Origin: Styela clava
Lineage: Eukaryota
NCBI RefSeq assembly: GCF_964204865.1
Contig: NC_135255.1
Span: 17,980,001 to 18,044,000, forward strand
Length of the DNA: 64,000 nt
Direction of reading: 5' to 3'
The position numbers were made by a program, and so were the translations under genes. A model generated the notes under the pieces. That model made no database searches. It was not told the origin of the DNA and saw only the letters and a program-made list of their open reading frames with translations. Numbering within the stretch: the first letter of the stretch is position 1; every line of letters begins with the position of its first letter. Below are positions 62,614-64,000 of this stretch, piece after piece.

Positions 62614-64000
62614 TACATCTACACCAACGTAAAATCACACAGTCATCTAAATCTGCAACAGACAATTCGACTTCGATTTTTAGGCTCCTATGAATTGTAT
62701 AAATGAATATTTAGCCTATAATAAACATGCGAACGTTTTTGCAAAGCATGCCAGCCTCATACATATACTCGAAATGCATAGTTGTACATTAAAGTTGTAA
62801 AAACTACGTAAAAATACACATTACTTGATTTTTAACAATAGTTGAACGAATAAAACAGTGTATTGTAGACGAATCTGTCTAGGTTAATATAACCCTCCGA
62901 GCACCTCGCATATGCTCAACAAAACGTAGAAAGTTATGACATTTTTATACACCATTTAAAATGAATACAGTTAACAAATTAGCATGGGGTATTTCAGAAG
63001 GACATCTGAGTTTCGTCGTTATCTGCACGTTTTGAACATTATGTTTTTTCCAAACGACATAAACGACGAACTCCAATAAAATAATGTTTATGACTTTTCA
63101 GTTTCCTTTTGAATAAAAACAAACTAACGAAGAGATTGTGACGAACAATATAAATAAGGTATTTGACACATCCATTATGATGTCACTAAAAAAATCTTCC
63201 GCAGGCGACGAATTCTCCCTCACAACCGCATGTATTGCATCACAATGGTGCAAAATAATCGTCGTCATTACAGTAAAACAAAAAAAAAAGTTAAACAGAG
63301 TTTTGATAAACATTTAAATTCGAAATAAACGATTACGAAGGGCGCGTATCTTTCCTATTCGGTTTCAAGTTTTCGAATTATTGATTTTAATTTACTGGTG
63401 ATCGCAAATATACTGTCTGAATTAACCTTGCAAATCGGGTCAATCGTGCATAAGTGCTGCAAGTACTTGGCAATGTACCTATGTGTGATTTGGTTATAGA
63501 AAAATAGAACCCTAAAATAGTATTTAAAAAACTGATTTCTTTTTATAAGTTTGTTGGAATTTGGTAAATCACTTTCAGTAGAAATAGTCGATGTTAGGAA
63601 GCAAATAATGAGTTTTGGGAAATGCCGGATTAGAACCGCAATATTACAACATTTCTTATGACTATGAGATGGTTGGTGACTTTCACGAAAAAATAAATAA
63701 CAGTCATATTTTTTTTCTAATTCGTGAGCTGTTTTAACAAGACTCTAGACCTGACATTGGCGAACTACGACCCGCGGACCAAGGGGCCAAAAATTTTGTC
63801 CACTTAGAATGGCTGGCCACGTAAATGTGACGTAAAAAGTTATATTTTATAGACAATATTTACAGTGTTACAAAAGCAAAAATGGAAAGCAATAAGCCTC
63901 GTGCTAAAAATAAAATTCCTTGAGCTATGCTAAAACATCAAAATTTGGCTTTGGTTTGGCTATGGCAGCATCAGGCGCGCCAGACTGAATTACCCAACGG

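Noticed and set aside
1-64000. tRNA, rRNA genes or intact autonomous transposons/retroelements
   Set aside because: No full cloverleaf, rRNA-like block or long transposase/RT ORF was recognisable; only a short hAT remnant.

Overview
AT-rich (~35% GC by eye), intron-containing animal genomic DNA, not prokaryotic. Composition and repeat types suggest a marine invertebrate such as an ascidian, but this is unverified. Two convergent genes occupy the first 20 kb. (1) The 3' part of a + strand gene (exons 58-855, 1249-1340, 1892-1985, 2283-2302; all splice phases compatible) encodes a ZU5-UPA module with the hallmarks of the self-cleaving FIIND domain of NLRP1/CARD8/PIDD1 (HF...EP...F|SP). It has no C-terminal CARD/death domain, only a short N-rich RHIM-like motif, and it is interrupted by a single in-frame TAG at 789-791. 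(2) A complete 10-exon - strand gene (19600->11321, 869 aa by my splice model) encodes an NPAS4/dysfusion-class bHLH-PAS transcription factor with an altered basic region and a cluster of CRE palindromes, including a CRE-TCACGA-CRE composite just after the stop codon. The remaining ~44 kb upstream of this gene has no credible protein-coding gene. It is filled with non-autonomous DNA transposons: ~19 Merlin-like GG...CC MITEs with 8-bp TSDs carrying YY1-like and TTAGGG motifs, Tc1/mariner-type TA MITEs, hAT MITEs including a Buster/Charlie transposase remnant, and 9-bp-TSD foldback-type elements. There are also SINE ends, diverged tandem arrays and degenerate Penelope-type hammerhead ribozyme motifs.
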